A DNA stretch of 64,000 nucleotides from Eledone cirrhosa. Its lineage: Eukaryota. A program made the translations under genes and the position numbers. Each line of letters opens with the position of its first letter. The first letter of the stretch is position 1. Below are positions 49,886 to 63,328 of the stretch, in pieces. The notes beneath the pieces are model-generated. The model had not been told where the DNA came from and did not search any database. It was given only the letters and a program-made list of their open reading frames with translations. The stretch is taken from assembly GCA_964016885.1 (NCBI GenBank), contig OZ024740.1, positions 316,944,001 to 317,008,000 on the forward strand. The letters are read 5' to 3'.

Positions 49886-52800
49886 ATCATCATCACCCTC
49901 GTTTAACGTCCACTTTCCATGCTAGCATGGGTTAGACGGGTGTTGTCCCACTTGAGGCAAGGTTGGTCGGGTGACCGTGTCTCACTCATATAGGACTATC
50001 TGGCAGGTTTTCTACGGCTGGATGCCCTTCCTAACACCAACCATATTTACAGTGTGGAACTGGGAACTTTTTACCGTGTTACCTACACGGCCACATTACA
50101 GCGTGAACTGTGTGTATTTTTCTCGTGACACCTACACGATCTCGATCTCGATCTCATTTATCTCATTTATTTGGACTGGATGTTGTCGTACCAACTTTAT
50201 AGAGAGAGGGTGGTGTTGGTGGGAGTGGGAGGATAGGGTAGGCGTAGTGGATTGGGGTGTATATTTGGTTAAGAGGTGCCTATTGACTGTAGGTTTCGCT
50301 TTGTACATAGGAAAGGCGGGTCTTCTGTATTACTGTGTAGCGCCAAAGATCTTGGTCCAGTGACATTGTCTTAGAGAGGTGCAAGTGTATAAGGTCGGAA
50401 TTTATCAGATCGTCCCAGGTTTTTCTGGGTCTACCTACTCCGTAACTACCATCAATTTTGATCGCCCTGCACTTTTTTTATACAGCTGTCGTCTTTCATG
50501 CGCATCACATGGCCATACCAACGTAGTCTTCTTTCGAGTAAACAGCATCTGATCCCTCTTATTCCTAATTTCTCACTTAGTTCATTTATGCTTTGCCGTT
50601 CACGTATGTTACTATTACACATCCAACGGAGCATGCATGCTTCGTTCCTTTCCAGTCTATGCAGGTCCTCTGCACACAATGCCCATGTCTCACTGCCATG
50701 TAGCATTGCTGTTTGTATACAAGCATCATACAATATGCCTTTCATTTTTAGAGAGAAACCTTTTGTGGCCAACAGTGGTATAAGCTCTTTGAACTTTTTC
50801 CATCTCGTTCTGACTCTGGCTATGTACTTTCAGAACACCCTCCACCACTGCTGATTTCGTCACCCAGGTAACGGAAGGTGTCTACTATTTCTATAGAACC
50901 ATCTGGGCAATAGAAGGGGCTAGTATCCTGTGGACACTTGTACCTGAGCACCGGCCACATATAAAGTCTACGTTCTTAGATAGTTTACCTGTGATCCCAC
51001 TACATCTTTTATGTACCCATACTTTGCATTTGGGACATAACATTGAATTTCTGCCTACTCCTTTCCTACACACTGAGCAAGGCCATTTCCCTGAGGGTAC
51101 CTGTGCCTTATTTTCCTTTCTACAAACTAGGACTTTAGTCTTAGACAAGTTAACTTTAAGGCCTTTTGATTCTAGGCCATGCTTCCATGTTTGGAATTTC
51201 TTTTCTAGTTCAGCCATTGATTCAGCTATGTGCATTAGATCATCTGCGTATAGGAGTTCCCATGGGCAGCTGGTTTTGAACTCCTCTGTTATAGCCTGAA
51301 GGGCAATAATAAATAGGAGGGGGCTAAGGACAGAGCCTTGGTGAACACCAACTTTTACACTAAATTCTTCACAATATTCATTGTTAATTCTAACCTTACT
51401 GACTGTTTCATTATACATAGCCTGTATAGCTCTCACAAGCCATTCATCTACACCTAGTTTTCTAACAGCCCACCAGATAATAGAGCGAGGGGACTCTGTC
51501 AAAGGCTTTTTCCAGGTCTGCAAAAGCTAAGTAGAGGGGTTTACTTTTAGCTAGGTACTTCTCTTGTAGTTTCGTACAAGGAAAAGACCGTCTGTGGTAC
51601 TTTTACCTGACACAAACCCAAACTGCATTTCATCTAGATCAATTCGCTCTCTGATTAGTTGCGCTATAGCTCTTTCTGTGACCTTCATGACCTGGTCAAC
51701 TAACTTAATGCCTTTATAGTTTCCTCTATCTAGAGCATCTCCTTTACCCTTGTAGCAGTTAATGATGATGCTGCTACGCCAGTCTTTTGGTATGACCCCA
51801 TTCTATATTACTTGGTTAACTATACGGGTGACCATAGTATGTCCCACCATTCTAGATACCTTCAACATCTCAGCATCTATCTCCGAAGGCCCAGCTGCCT
51901 TGCCTGTCTTCATATCTTTGATTGCCTTACTTATTATACTACCTTTAACTTGCACTGCTGGTCCTTCTATTGGATCGATTTGGGGCAGACTATCTTTTTC
52001 CCATTTATTCTCCTCATTTAATAGTCTCTCGTAGTGACACTTCCAGGCTATCTTCTTATCAGCATCAGTGAGGGCAAGTACACCGTTATCATTATGGACA
52101 CACTTCTCCTCGACAATATCACGGTTTTCCTTGACACATTGTCTAGCAATCCTAAACACCTCGCGTTGTAGAACATGCTTGAACTTTCTATCCTCTGCTT
52201 CCCTTTTTGCAAGGTACACTTGTCTCTAGCTTTTCTCCTGGCCACTTGATAGTGCTCTCTACTTACCCCATCCTGCCATACTTTCCAAGCCTGCTTTTTG
52301 GCCTTGATTGTCTCTTCTACCTTACTGTTCCACCACCAAGTTACTCTCCTCCTGCCAATAGGTCTGCTCCAGCCACAGATTTCATCCATTGCTTTCAGCA
52401 GGTTCACTTTCAAGAATTGCCACTGTTCCTCTATATCGCACGTCTCTAATTGCTCTTCCTTATTGTCAAAGGCATCAAGTAATAAGCTTTTAAATTTGTC
52501 ACTGGCTATGGGGTCCTTCAACTTCCATATTCTTCTCCTCAAGGTAGGCCTCCTCTGTCGTCGAGTACGTCTATTTCTGACTGTGAGGTCACTAACTACT
52601 AGGCTATGTTGGGAGGTGCATTCTTCACGGGGGAGGGATTTAGTGTTTACAACAGACACTTTGTCCCGTCTTCTAGTAAGGATATAATCTATCTGGCTGG
52701 CGTGTTCCCCTGATCTATAGGTGATCAAGTGGTTTTCACGTTTTTTGAAGTTTGTGTTACAGATAGTTAGGTTATTGGCGTCACAGAATTCCAGGATTCT

Positions 52801-52928
52801 GAAGCCTTCCTCATTTCTATTTCCAACCCCATAGCCTCCATGGATTCCATCATAGCCATCACTATGTTGTCCAACATGGCCGTTTAGATCGCCAGCAATA
52901 ATTAGGTAGTCGCTGTCATCCGTGTCTG
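49886..52928 (-). mobile_element. RTE subfamily B-like, longest copy (APE+RT), decayed
   Basis: AGDLNGH, SQIDYIL, KAAGPS, YADD across ORFs 50452-52956. Confidence 0.95.
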
Positions 52929-53460
52929 AAATAAAGAGGGGTCCTTGTATTCTCATCTTGCAGCGGAAGGTGAATTTATCTTTATCTGTGACATTGTCAT
53001 TGAGTGCTTAGACTTTTCAAATTTCCGCAGTCAACCCATCAAACAGGTCTAAACTTAAGGAGTAGTAACCGAGGTGGTACCTTTGCTATACTGATTTGTT
53101 AGAGAACTTACTAAAGCCGCTGAGTTCTGATTGGACCATATAGCAATGGTGGTGAGTGGGGGAGGGCGGGCGATGGTGGTGAGTGGGGGCGGTAGGGCGG
53201 GAAATCGGTAACTTTAGGAGAAGGTTATTTTTTAGGAAGGGTCCAACAGATTTGAGACATATTAAAAACATGTAAAATAAATAATTGAAAATCAGAGAGG
53301 GAAATGGAGAATTTGAATTTTAGACTGATGATGATGATGAGACTGGCATAACTAAGAGTTTAAAACATGCTTATTTAGAAGACTATGGATAGAAGAAAAG
53401 ACAAGTATTGCTTACATTCTCAAAATCGACAGATCGCCTGTAAGATAGATTATATAGATA

Positions 53461-53529
<69 letters not shown>

Positions 53530-53689
53530 CATATATACATATACATACATACGTCTCTCTATATATATATATCATTTCATTTCATTTCATTTCATTTTAC
53601 GTCCGCTTTTCCCTGCTTGCAAGGGTGGGACAGGAACTGATTCTGGCTTGATTTCTACAGCTGGATGCCCTTCCTAACACTATATATAT

Positions 53690-54089
53690 ATATTAAAAAG
53701 TGCCCAATCCAATTAAAAAGCGCCCAAACAAAAAGTGGCCAGCTCACACTATAAAGGTGTCATGATAAAAATTACCCAGCGTATTTTGTTAAGTGGTTGT
53801 GCTGGTGCCATGATAAAAAGCTACCCAGTCATGTAAGGTGGTTGTGTTTGTGCCATAATGAAAAGCATGCAGTCCAATATGCCAAGTCGTAGTGCCAGAG
53901 TTCTGATAAAATACTCCCAGTACACGCAGTAAAGTGGTTAGCATTAGGAAGGGCATCAAACTGTAGAAAGCAAGCCAAAGACAGAGTGTATGACCAGGAT
54001 ATTGTCACCTGACCAGTCTAGCCTCAGTTTGTAATTACTCGTTTAACCCTTGCAAGGGTTAAATGAGTAATTACAAATATAGACATTAA

Positions 54090-54122
<33 letters not shown>

Positions 54123-54140
54123 CTGACAATGATGATGATG
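53690..54140 (+). mobile_element. RTE-tailed element with ~50-bp degenerate internal repeats
   Basis: ttaggaagggcatc..gtagaaa body and (GAT)n tail; like 15919-16578. Confidence 0.65.
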
Positions 54141-54219
54141 AAATAGCAGTCATATTTTCCTCAACTTATATCCTACAGTGTTAGATTACAAAAGAACACA
54201 CTGTAGACCCCCCCCCCCC

Positions 54220-54281
<62 letters not shown>

Positions 54282-54334
54282 TGCCCCCTCGTTATCGAGT
54301 ATGGCCATTGCACGATATACTATTATTAATTTGT

Positions 54335-54516
54335 GAATTGGCAGTATCGGTAGAGGGTTGGACACCATGCTTTCTAGCATAGTAACGTCCCTTTACAGTC
54401 TGAGTTCAAATCCTGCTGAGGTTAACTTTGCCTTTCATCCTTACGGGGTCGATAAAATAAAGTACCAGTAATGTACTGGGTAATTGCTGGCCTTGTGCCT
54501 AAAGTAGAAACAATTA
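54335..54516 (+). mobile_element. SINE S1
   Basis: tggcagtatcgg A-box, gagttcaaatcc B-box. Confidence 0.92.
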
Positions 54517-54534
54517 ATTAATTCTATCGTGCAA

Positions 54535-54990
54535 TGCCTGTGTGTGAAGATATATTTTAAAATGAGGAAAGACTGTGCACTGAGCCAATCCCACTCTCTG
54601 AGCGACAGTAGCTATAACCCGAAAAGAAGAAAAGATCAACATCATCAGTAACTACTGAGCCGCAGGTTTTATATCGGAGTTATCCCAGTTTCCTGAGTTG
54701 CCTTCTCCTAGAAGAATGCCCTGACAAAGGCTAGGTGTCCTTCACTCCCAGTGGTTTAACTGCACAGTACATGTCTATATACATATTTACACACTTTTGG
54801 ATGGCCGTTGACTCTTATGAGTTCTTCCGCCCTTTGTCAGGTTTTGTTTTTTTTGTCCTGCAGCATGTCCAAAATCACCCTCCTCACCAAGTAAACTTAG
54901 TGGGGTTGCCGGTTTAGTCGACAACGACCCGACCATGCGACAGGTTGTACTGGGTAACATGTTACCAGTAGCACTCAAGTGTGACCAGTC
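54535..54990 (-). mobile_element. 5'-UTR-like segment related to the 23.2-kb element
   Basis: Shares aagagtcaa(c/t)ggccatccaaaa, tagcctttgtca, gatgttga and agagagtggga blocks. Confidence 0.6.
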
Positions 54991-55399
54991 ATATATATAT
55001 ATATATTCTTTCGTTTGATCTGTTTGGCTTGTTTCGTTTTTTTGGCTTCGGTGGCTGATAGCTTCATGACCACCATTTTCAGTTTGTTTGGCCTCTATAA
55101 CCTATGTTTATTGCTCTGGTCCATTGAGCGCTTGCCGCATATCTCGAAAATTGCATTCCGCTTTGTTTTTTACCACTGCCGAAATTCGATCTTGCTGAAA
55201 TTATATTTGTATATATATATTTATATATATACATTAATAAAAGATCGGAGGCCATATTCAGTTGATTCAGGTTTATTTAAAACTCTGTTATACATATTTC
55301 ACTCTCTCTCGCAATATATATATAGATGAGATAATCTTTATATTATATAAACTGGGAGAAAACCACCCAGAGGTCAGTGTTTCTTCTAAAAATATTGAT

Positions 55400-55792
55400 A
55401 TATGTGTGTTTATGAGTGTATGTGTCTGTGTGTGTGTGTGTCCATGTATGTGTATGTGTCTATGTGTGCATGTGCGTGTGTCCATGTTTATGTGTGTGTC
55501 TAATTTTGTATGTGTTTATGTTTGTGTGTGTGTGTATGCTTGTGTGTGTGTGTCAATGTTTGTGTGTAAGTGTCTCTATGTGTGTGTGTCTATGTTTGTG
55601 TGTATGCATGTGTATCTCTGTTTGTGCTTGTGTATCTATGTCTATGTGTGTATGTGTTTGTTTGTGTGTATGTTTGTCTATGTTTATGTATGTGTGTCTA
55701 TGTGTATCTATGTTTGCGTGTGTTTGTGTATATCTCTGTGCATGTATATGTGTGTGTGTGTGTGTGCGCGTGTGTGTGTGTGTCTATATGTG
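55400..55792. repeat. Degenerate (TG)n microsatellite
   Basis: Direct inspection. Confidence 0.95.
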
Positions 55793-56029
55793 TACCACAA
55801 ATACACATCCTTAATCCCTTCTCACTGATAAAACTAGGTATAAGATTAAACCAGATTTTGTTAGGGGATAAATTAATTATCCTCATAAAGTATTGAAACT
55901 AAGTTACGTTGTCTATATTGATCTCATATCCACTCCTATTTCTGATGAAGTAGGAAAGAGACTCATATGTAACCAGATTGATGGAAAATATAGATACTCA
56001 GTTAATGTAGAACAGAGACAACCAATGAT

Positions 56030-56662
56030 GAGCGTTAAGGTGTTATTCTAGACTGTATCTAGCTTTAGTGTATCTAGCATACAGAGGAGGTGTACTCTGC
56101 AGCACTGTAGATCAAGGCTAGGGCACTGGTACATAGGGTGGATATGACAGCACCTCCATGATGATCTTGCCAAGTGGAGTAGAAGGTTGTTCCTTGGTGA
56201 CACTTTGCATGTAAGGACTCAAGGTGGTGACTGAAGGTTAGCTGTCTGTGCAATTTCACTCCAAGATAGATTGGTGGGACATTATATGGAAAGGGTATGT
56301 CATTGAGGTTAATAGTGAGGTGGCGATTGGCCTCCTTGGTATTTAAGTGGAATGCTATTGCAGTCATCTTTGCTATACTCAGCTTCAATCTCCAGGACTT
56401 GAAATATGTTGCCAGTTGGGTCATGTCTGCTGTTAATAAACTCTCTACATTAGTTCAGATTCTAGCAAAGGCAAGAAGGATGAGGTCATGTGCATAGCCA
56501 TACTGTTGTGATGTTGTTTGGGATATGTTACTGATGTACAAATTGAAGAGCATAGAGGATAGTGACGAGCCTTGAGGTACTCCATTATGAAGATGGCACA
56601 GTCTGCTGGTTTGTCCATTGCTGGTCGTCAGGAGAAAGCTTTGGTTGGCTAGGATGTTGCAG
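56030..56662 (-). mobile_element. Ingi/Vingi-like LINE RT fragment
   Basis: GVPQGSSLS.MLFNLYI, YAHDL, YFKSWRLKLS, IYLGVKL, ALALIYSAAEY. Confidence 0.78.
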
Positions 56663-57068
56663 ATAACAACCTGAGACTGCAGTAATATATGACGAAGGTG
56701 ATGTACCCGCGTGCCACCTCTGCTGGATCTTTTAAAGATAGCTTCCTCTCAACCCATTTCTAGGTGAGTCTAGACACACTGTTCATTACCTGACTACTTG
56801 ACTAGGGTTTACCTGGGGATAAAGTACAACAACAACAACAACAACCACCACTGCCATTCTACCATGATACAAAGAAGACATTAGAACCAAATGTCTGAAA
56901 TTACTGGAAATACTTCAGTAACTCAGGTAAAAAATAACAACAACAACAATATTACAGTATATTTAGTGACCTTTAGTCTATCATGAGACCTATTTGTTCT
57001 TGAGATATTAATCAGTCTTGTTTACATATTTATATCTTGTTTTGTTGGTGGATTGCTGGGTTGGTCAC

Positions 57069-57112
57069 CTGACCAAGTTGACACCTCTCACTTACAATAT
57101 ATTCTTCATAAT
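57069..57112 (-). other. Candidate host micro-exon (44 nt, or 17 nt using the gtaagt donor)
   Basis: Long T-rich tract + ttgtag acceptor, open frame DYEEYIVSERCQLGQ, donor gtgacc. Confidence 0.25.
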
Positions 57113-57362
57113 CTACAATTTGAAAAACAACAACAAAAAACAAAAACAATAACAAAATAAAAAAAAACCTTTTCCTTTTAATAAAATGTAGTTTACTTGA
57201 AGCATTGTATAAAATATATAATGTGGAAAGTGTTATATGTAAGAAGGCTAAAACAATGCAAAATGTACGGTAAGTTGAAGGTAACAAAGAAGTTAGTTAC
57301 TAGGTGATCTTTTGTTGTTGTTGTTGCAGTTGTTTCTTTCGTCCTATTATTTCAGGACTTAA

Positions 57363-57686
57363 CCCTTTAGCATTTAAACCGGCCATATCCGGCCGGAATT
57401 CTCTCACCACTTTCTGTTCAAACTGGCCATAACTAGTCACTCATACTGATGTTAAGGTATTGTTCTCAAAATAAGTAATATCAAAATCTTATAGATTCGA
57501 TATTATGTGAGGTAAAGCCTTTCTTTCTCTTCAAACTGGCCACTCATACTGATGTTAAGGTATTATTCTCAAAATACATGATACCAAAATCTCATAGATT
57601 CGATATTATGTGAGATAATTATGTAAGGTAAAGTCTTTACCACGAATATACAATTGTATATATAGAGTAATGTAAATGCAAAAAGG
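57363..57686. mobile_element. piggyBac-type MITE with ~110-bp internal duplication
   Basis: TTAA|ccctttagcattta ... gg|TTAA. Confidence 0.85.
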
Positions 57687-57941
57687 TTAAAATTCCCTTT
57701 TCCTTTTAACTCTATGACATCTCAAAGAAGTTAAAAGTATGACAGCTTTATTGGACTTAACAGACTATATTGCTATGAATGCCATCAAAGTTAATAGTGA
57801 TGTGACATTGTTATTTATAAAACAAAAAACGATTAGTAAGCAGTAAAGTTAAGAAGTTTGCGTCACAACTGTTACTGGTTTGATTTTATTGTGTAGCACT
57901 TTGGCTGAATGTCCATAGCCCTGCATTGATAGATACTTTCC

Positions 57942-57982
57942 TCATCATTATTATTGTCATCATCATCATCACCGCCACCACT

Positions 57983-58017
<35 letters not shown>

Positions 58018-58345
58018 CATTATCATCATCATTACCACCACCACTACCATCATAATTATCACCATCATCACCATCACCATAACCACCACTACCATCATCA
58101 TTATCATCATCATCACCACCATCACCACTGCCACCACTATCATCATCATCATTATCACTGCCACCATCACCACCACTACCATCATCATCATCATCACCAC
58201 CACCACTACCACCACCACCACCACCATAACCACCACCATCATCTTTTATATGTCTGTTTTTCTATACTTGCATGGGTTGGATGGGTCTTTTTCAGCATTC
58301 AGCACAGCATCTCTCCAATCATTGCAATTCTTCATCATCTCCATT
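57942..58345 (-). repeat. (CAT/CAC)n tract plus short RTE 3' end
   Basis: Direct inspection. Confidence 0.85.
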
Positions 58346-58477
58346 GTGAGTTTCAACAATTGGAATTTGGTAGACGAAAACTGTTCAGAAGTTTTGTGAT
58401 ATTCTTTCAGGTTCTCTGTGTTCTGAGTTCCAATCTCCCTGAGATCAATTTAACTTCTTCATATTTTCTTGAACCTA

Positions 58478-59917
58478 TTGAAGACCTTTGACAGAGTATC
58501 ATAATCTGTCTTCTGGTGGTCCTAAGGAAACTAAGGGTAAAGAATGGCTTGTGAGAGCAGTGCTCTCAGTAAAGTTAGAATAGGTAATGAATTTAGTGAA
58601 GAATTCAATGTGCAGGCAGGTGTTTATCAGGGCTTTGTCCTCAGCCTACTCCTGTTTATTATAGTTCTCCAGACCATAACAGAAAGGTTGAAGATTCATA
58701 GTCCATGGGAACTCCTATATGCTGATGGCATGGTACTTATAGCTGAATCTGTGGAAGAACTAGAGAGGAAATTCCGACTTTGGAAACAGAAATTCCAATC
58801 AAAAGGTCTATGAGTTAATTTTGAAAAATTTGAAGTTTTTGTAGGTGGGTAAGGAGACAAAACCCTGATCCCTTCAGGGAAGTATGCGGCCTTCCTCAAT
58901 ATGTAGAAAAGGAGAAGGTAGAAACTCTATAAAATGTACATATTGTAAATCTTGGAAACATCAGCAGTGTAGTGGGATAGCAGACAGACTAACAGAAACG
59001 GTAGACTTTGTATGTCATAGGTGCACAAGGATAGTTAGTTGTAAGAGCATCTATCTAATAACATTTTCCAAACCCTGGAAGGATCCCAAGAAGTGATAGA
59101 TAGCTTCTGCTACTTAGGTGATCTAATTAGCAGTGGAGGAGGTTACTCTGTGAGCATAGTAGCTAGAATAAGAACAAGAAGGGAAAAGTTCAGGGGGCTA
59201 CTACCTCTGTTGAGAAGAAAAGTTCCTCTCTATGAACAAAAGGTCAACTGTATGATGTCCATGTGTGATGTGCAATGTAACATTTTAGCAAGACATTGTC
59301 AGTGAATGCAGAGGTCATACAGTGGCTGGAGAAGAATGAAGTGAGCATGTTTCAATGGACATGAAATATTAATATGCTTGAATTACAGTGCATTGATGAG
59401 CTGAGAGAAAAAGTAGGTAAAAAAGGAATCAGATGTAATGTTGTAGAGCATTGCCACAAGCTTGTAAAGGCAAACGCGACTTTACTGCAGATCAATTATT
59501 GAACTGGTTGGCAGTGAATAGACACCCAGTGGGGTGAGTAACAAGACCTGGACTTTACTGGTAGATCATTCCTTCTTACTCTTTGAAATATTTGTCATGC
59601 AATAAACAACAGTTCAATAAACCACTGTTTGTTGTTATTTCATGTATAGCTTAACTAAAGCTATAATGTAGGAAAGAAGACTGCACTCGTTTGGTCATGT
59701 GATGTGCATGGATGATGATTGTTGGGTGAAGAAGTGCTAAGAAATCCAAGTGCATGGAAACTACTACAGAGGGAAACCAAGGAAGACTATAGTGGAAGCA
59801 GTAAGAGCTGATTTCATGTTGCTGAAGTTCAATGAGTGGAGGGATGATGTGCTGTAAAAAGCCCTTCCAACTCATGTAAGCATGGAAAAGCTGATATAAA
59901 ATGTTGATGATGATGAT
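58478..59917 (+). mobile_element. Old RTE copy, heavily decayed, interrupted by a solo LTR
   Basis: GVYQGFVLS, WELLYADG, PHD-like Cys pattern, YLG, (GAT)n tail. Confidence 0.9.
59442..59665 (+). mobile_element. Solo LTR (224 bp) with 4-bp TSD
   Basis: atgt|TGTAG...CTATA|atgt, two aataaa signals; removing it restores the RTE sequence. Confidence 0.75.
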
Positions 59918-61118
59918 TTTTAGAGTTAGATAAGTAAAGTACTAATCAAGAATAGAGTATTGTTGGAATGTTTAGAGTGTAAGATGGAGAGGGGAGGAGG
60001 TGCCTTTGTGTTCTGATGGTAAAGTTTTTGATGCCACAGGTGCCAAGGTCTATTATTTCTTGGCTTGAACAACATTGATAAAATGGAGAGAGAGCAAAGT
60101 TGCACACATGAACAACTGTTCCTCTTTTATAAAAACAAAAAGAAAACCCCACAAAATCTTGTCTGCATCTTTGAGTGGAACTTTCCAGATGCAAAACCAT
60201 GGATCTCATAAGACATATGAAATGGCAGGATTTTGAACTGAGAATCAGGAAAAGAAAAGAAAAGAAAAGAAAAGAAAAGTAGATATTTCAAAACATCTGG
60301 TTTTATAATCAACAATCTTAGAAATCTCCAGCACCACCTTGTTGTGTTCTGTTTATACTGTATACTAAGGGTAAGTTAGTTGGTGGTGGAAGATACTCGT
60401 TCAGATGTCACTTCAGCAACTAAAGTATATTTACATACTGTGTTTCATTTGCCTGTCACCCACCTTTGTGGATTGTCTCTGTTGACCACTGCCCGCTGGT
60501 CTTTGTCCTCTGAGGCATTTTTGCATATCGCTGTCTTTGACAGCACTTAGCTGTTTTAAGGGCTGTTCTAGCGATGAGTTTTCTCATTATTATATATATT
60601 CAAATACACTCTCGCTTCGTCTCGATCAGAGATAACATTGTTTGGATTTCATATGATACTGTACACTAATTGTTCATAATGGTGTCAAACATGTCTGTAA
60701 TTCATCTGGATATCTACACAAATATGCAGACAGATCTTCTGCGTAGTTCATGGGGAGGGGGTGGGGGTTGCATCATTTATATTTTTATAAGAAAATGGTG
60801 TAAAGATAGCTGTTGGTTTTTATTCTTTTATATTTATTTCTGAACAAATTTTTTCTTGTTTTTAAATATTTGTGTGTGTGATGTGGTGTGGTGGTGTGTG
60901 TGTGTGTGTGTATGTGTGTGTATGCATTTGTGTGTGTGTGAGTGTGTGTGTGTGTGTGTGTATATAAGTGTGTGTGTATGTATGTGCAGGTATGTATGTG
61001 TGTATGTATGTACGTGCGTGTGTGTGTGCATATGTGTGAATGTATGTATATGTGTGTATATGTGTGTGAATGTATGTATGTATATTTGTATGTATGTATA
61101 TATGTATGTATGTGAGTG

Positions 61119-61470
61119 TGTACAAAGCCAGTCTCACTCTCTTAACCAAGATGATACTTACCAAAAAGAAGAACAAGTCAACATCATTGGATACCATCCA
61201 ATGATGTTGACTTGTTGTGCCTTTGCTCACTATAAAAGTTTCACGGCACAGGCATTGCTTTATATCTGGAGATCTCTTTGCACTTGTCGTCACATGGTAC
61301 CATGGGCCCAGCACTATGTGTCAATAATTGTCACAAGTGTAGTGTTTGTACCAGAGTTTTCAAGTCGCTGGCTGGACTAAAAAGTCACACTCGTTCAGCG
61401 CATCGGTAGGGGTTCTCCTACATGGATATAAAGTAGTGGTCGTACTCGAAAACGAGTTGGCAGCCACCAT
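61119..61470 (+). mobile_element. Second copy of the 23.2-kb element, with 5' inversion
   Basis: 61119-61197 is the reverse complement of ~23315-23392. The rest is colinear and ends KSHTRSAHR*. Confidence 0.82.
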
Positions 61471-61840
61471 GTGAGTGTGTACATTTGTGTATGTACATGT
61501 GTGTATGTGTGTACAAGTGTGTACATATGCGTGAATGTATGTATGTATATATATATATAGGATCGATCGACTTTCGTCAAATCGGTCCGCGGAAACAATG
61601 TTTTCGTTGGTCTTTCCAGTTGCTAATACTATCTATCAGCCATGACTCCAGGTAGAAGGAGCAACGTGAAATAAAGTGTCTTGCTCAAGGACATAACGCA
61701 TCGCCCGGTCCAGAAATCGAACTCACAACCTCAAGATTATGAATTCAATTCTCTAACCACACAGCCACACGCCTTCACACACATATATATATATATATGT
61801 ATGTATGTGTGTGTGTGTAGATGTGTATGTATGTATGTAT

Positions 61841-62056
61841 ATGTTTATGTTTACTTATGTGTATGTATGTTTGTATGTACATATGCGTATGTGTATACTG
61901 TTGTGGTAGCCAATGTATGGATTCATTTTTCTCCATCAATGTGAGTTTATACTCACATTGATGGAGAAAAATGAATCCATACATTGGCTACCACAACAGT
62001 ATACACATACGCATATGTACATACAAACATACATACACATAAGTAAACATAAACAT
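61841..62056. repeat. Palindrome with 108-bp arms
   Basis: Centre gagt-ttat-actc at 61948/61949; arms otherwise perfect. Confidence 0.93.
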
Positions 62057-62444
62057 TATAAACCATAGCATGTATCACAATGTTTTCTATAGGACCAATT
62101 ATTTTGATAAGCATTAAAATAATCTACAACTTTTATTCACTGAAGTATAACCCAATCAGATAAACCAACACATATAGAATGTAATTATGAGATACAGATT
62201 TCCTCATTGTTAAATATGTAAATTATAGAAAGAAGGAAGAAAATACTTTGCAGGCTATGTATTAATTACTGTTGTTGTTACTGTTGTTATTGTTACTATT
62301 ATTGTTATTTGTTACTGTTGTTGTTTGTTTGTTCAGCCAATCAAGGACGTTTTTTTATATGTTTGCTCAAGGCTTATTACATTTAATACTAGAATTGCTT
62401 TAATTTATGGCTAAACTAGCTGAGAGAGAGAGAGGGACGAGAAA

Positions 62445-63042
62445 TAATTGTTTCTACTTTTGGCACAAGGCCAGCAATTATTCCAGTGCATTACTGGTAC
62501 TTTATTTTATCGACCCCGTAAGGATGAAAGGCAAAGTTAACCTCGGCAGGATTTGAACTCAGATTGGAAAGCACCGTAACTCTATGCATCAAAGCATGGC
62601 GTCCAACCCTCTACCGATACTGCCAATCCACGAGAAATAATGGACCATTTCCCCATATAGCAGATTTAACTCTCTTGTGGTACCAAACTGCTTGGAACCA
62701 ACCCTGGTTCAATGATACTAGGGTTTCCATTTTAAACTGTTTATATTTATCTCAAATCCTTCTATCAAAATTTTGTGGAAGAAATTTTGTTAAGATATGC
62801 TTTAAATTACTGGATAAATAATTGTTTCTTATATAGGCACAAGGCCAGCAATATAGGGGGAGGGGAAAGTCGATTAAATCGACCCTAGTGCGTGACTGGT
62901 ACTTTATTTTATCGACCCCGTAAGGATGAAAGGCAAAGTTAACCTTGGCGGGATTTGAACTCAGATCATTTAGGACTGTAACTCTATGCAGCAAAGCATG
63001 GCATGGTGTCTGGCCCTCTACCGATACTGCCAATCCACCGCC
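62445..63042 (-). mobile_element. Two SINE S1 copies (62445-62631, 62819-63042)
   Basis: Family match. The second is flanked by ttaaattactggataaataat repeats. Confidence 0.9.
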
Positions 63043-63094
63043 CTTAAATTACTGGATAAATAATGAGAACATTTTTTTATATTATTGAATTGTT

Positions 63095-63297
63095 GGACAG
63101 ATTTTATGGACAAAACCAACTCGGATAGACCCTGAGGAAGATGGCTGGATAACATCGATGAACTTGGCTGGTCTTGCTTGGGGATCTAGCTGGAACAATT
63201 GGAGATGGCTGCTTTTGACAGAATCTGCTGGAAGGAGTGTTTGAGGACTCTGCCTCCATGACCTTCTCAGGAAGAAGTGGGTGAAGAAGAAGAAGAA

Positions 63298-63328
<31 letters not shown>

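Noticed and set aside
53318-53380. CTGATGA as a hammerhead core
   Set aside because: It runs into a (GAT)n repeat, with no GAAA or convincing stems I/III.
54900-54990. HDV-like ribozyme at a putative RTE 5' end
   Set aside because: A P3/L3-like ACC-tgtcgcat-GGT is present on the minus strand, but I could not build P1, P1.1 and P2.
59946-60600. Host exons in the unique minus-strand region
   Set aside because: An acceptor-like tract exists, but there is no consistent frame/donor pair or recognisable protein.
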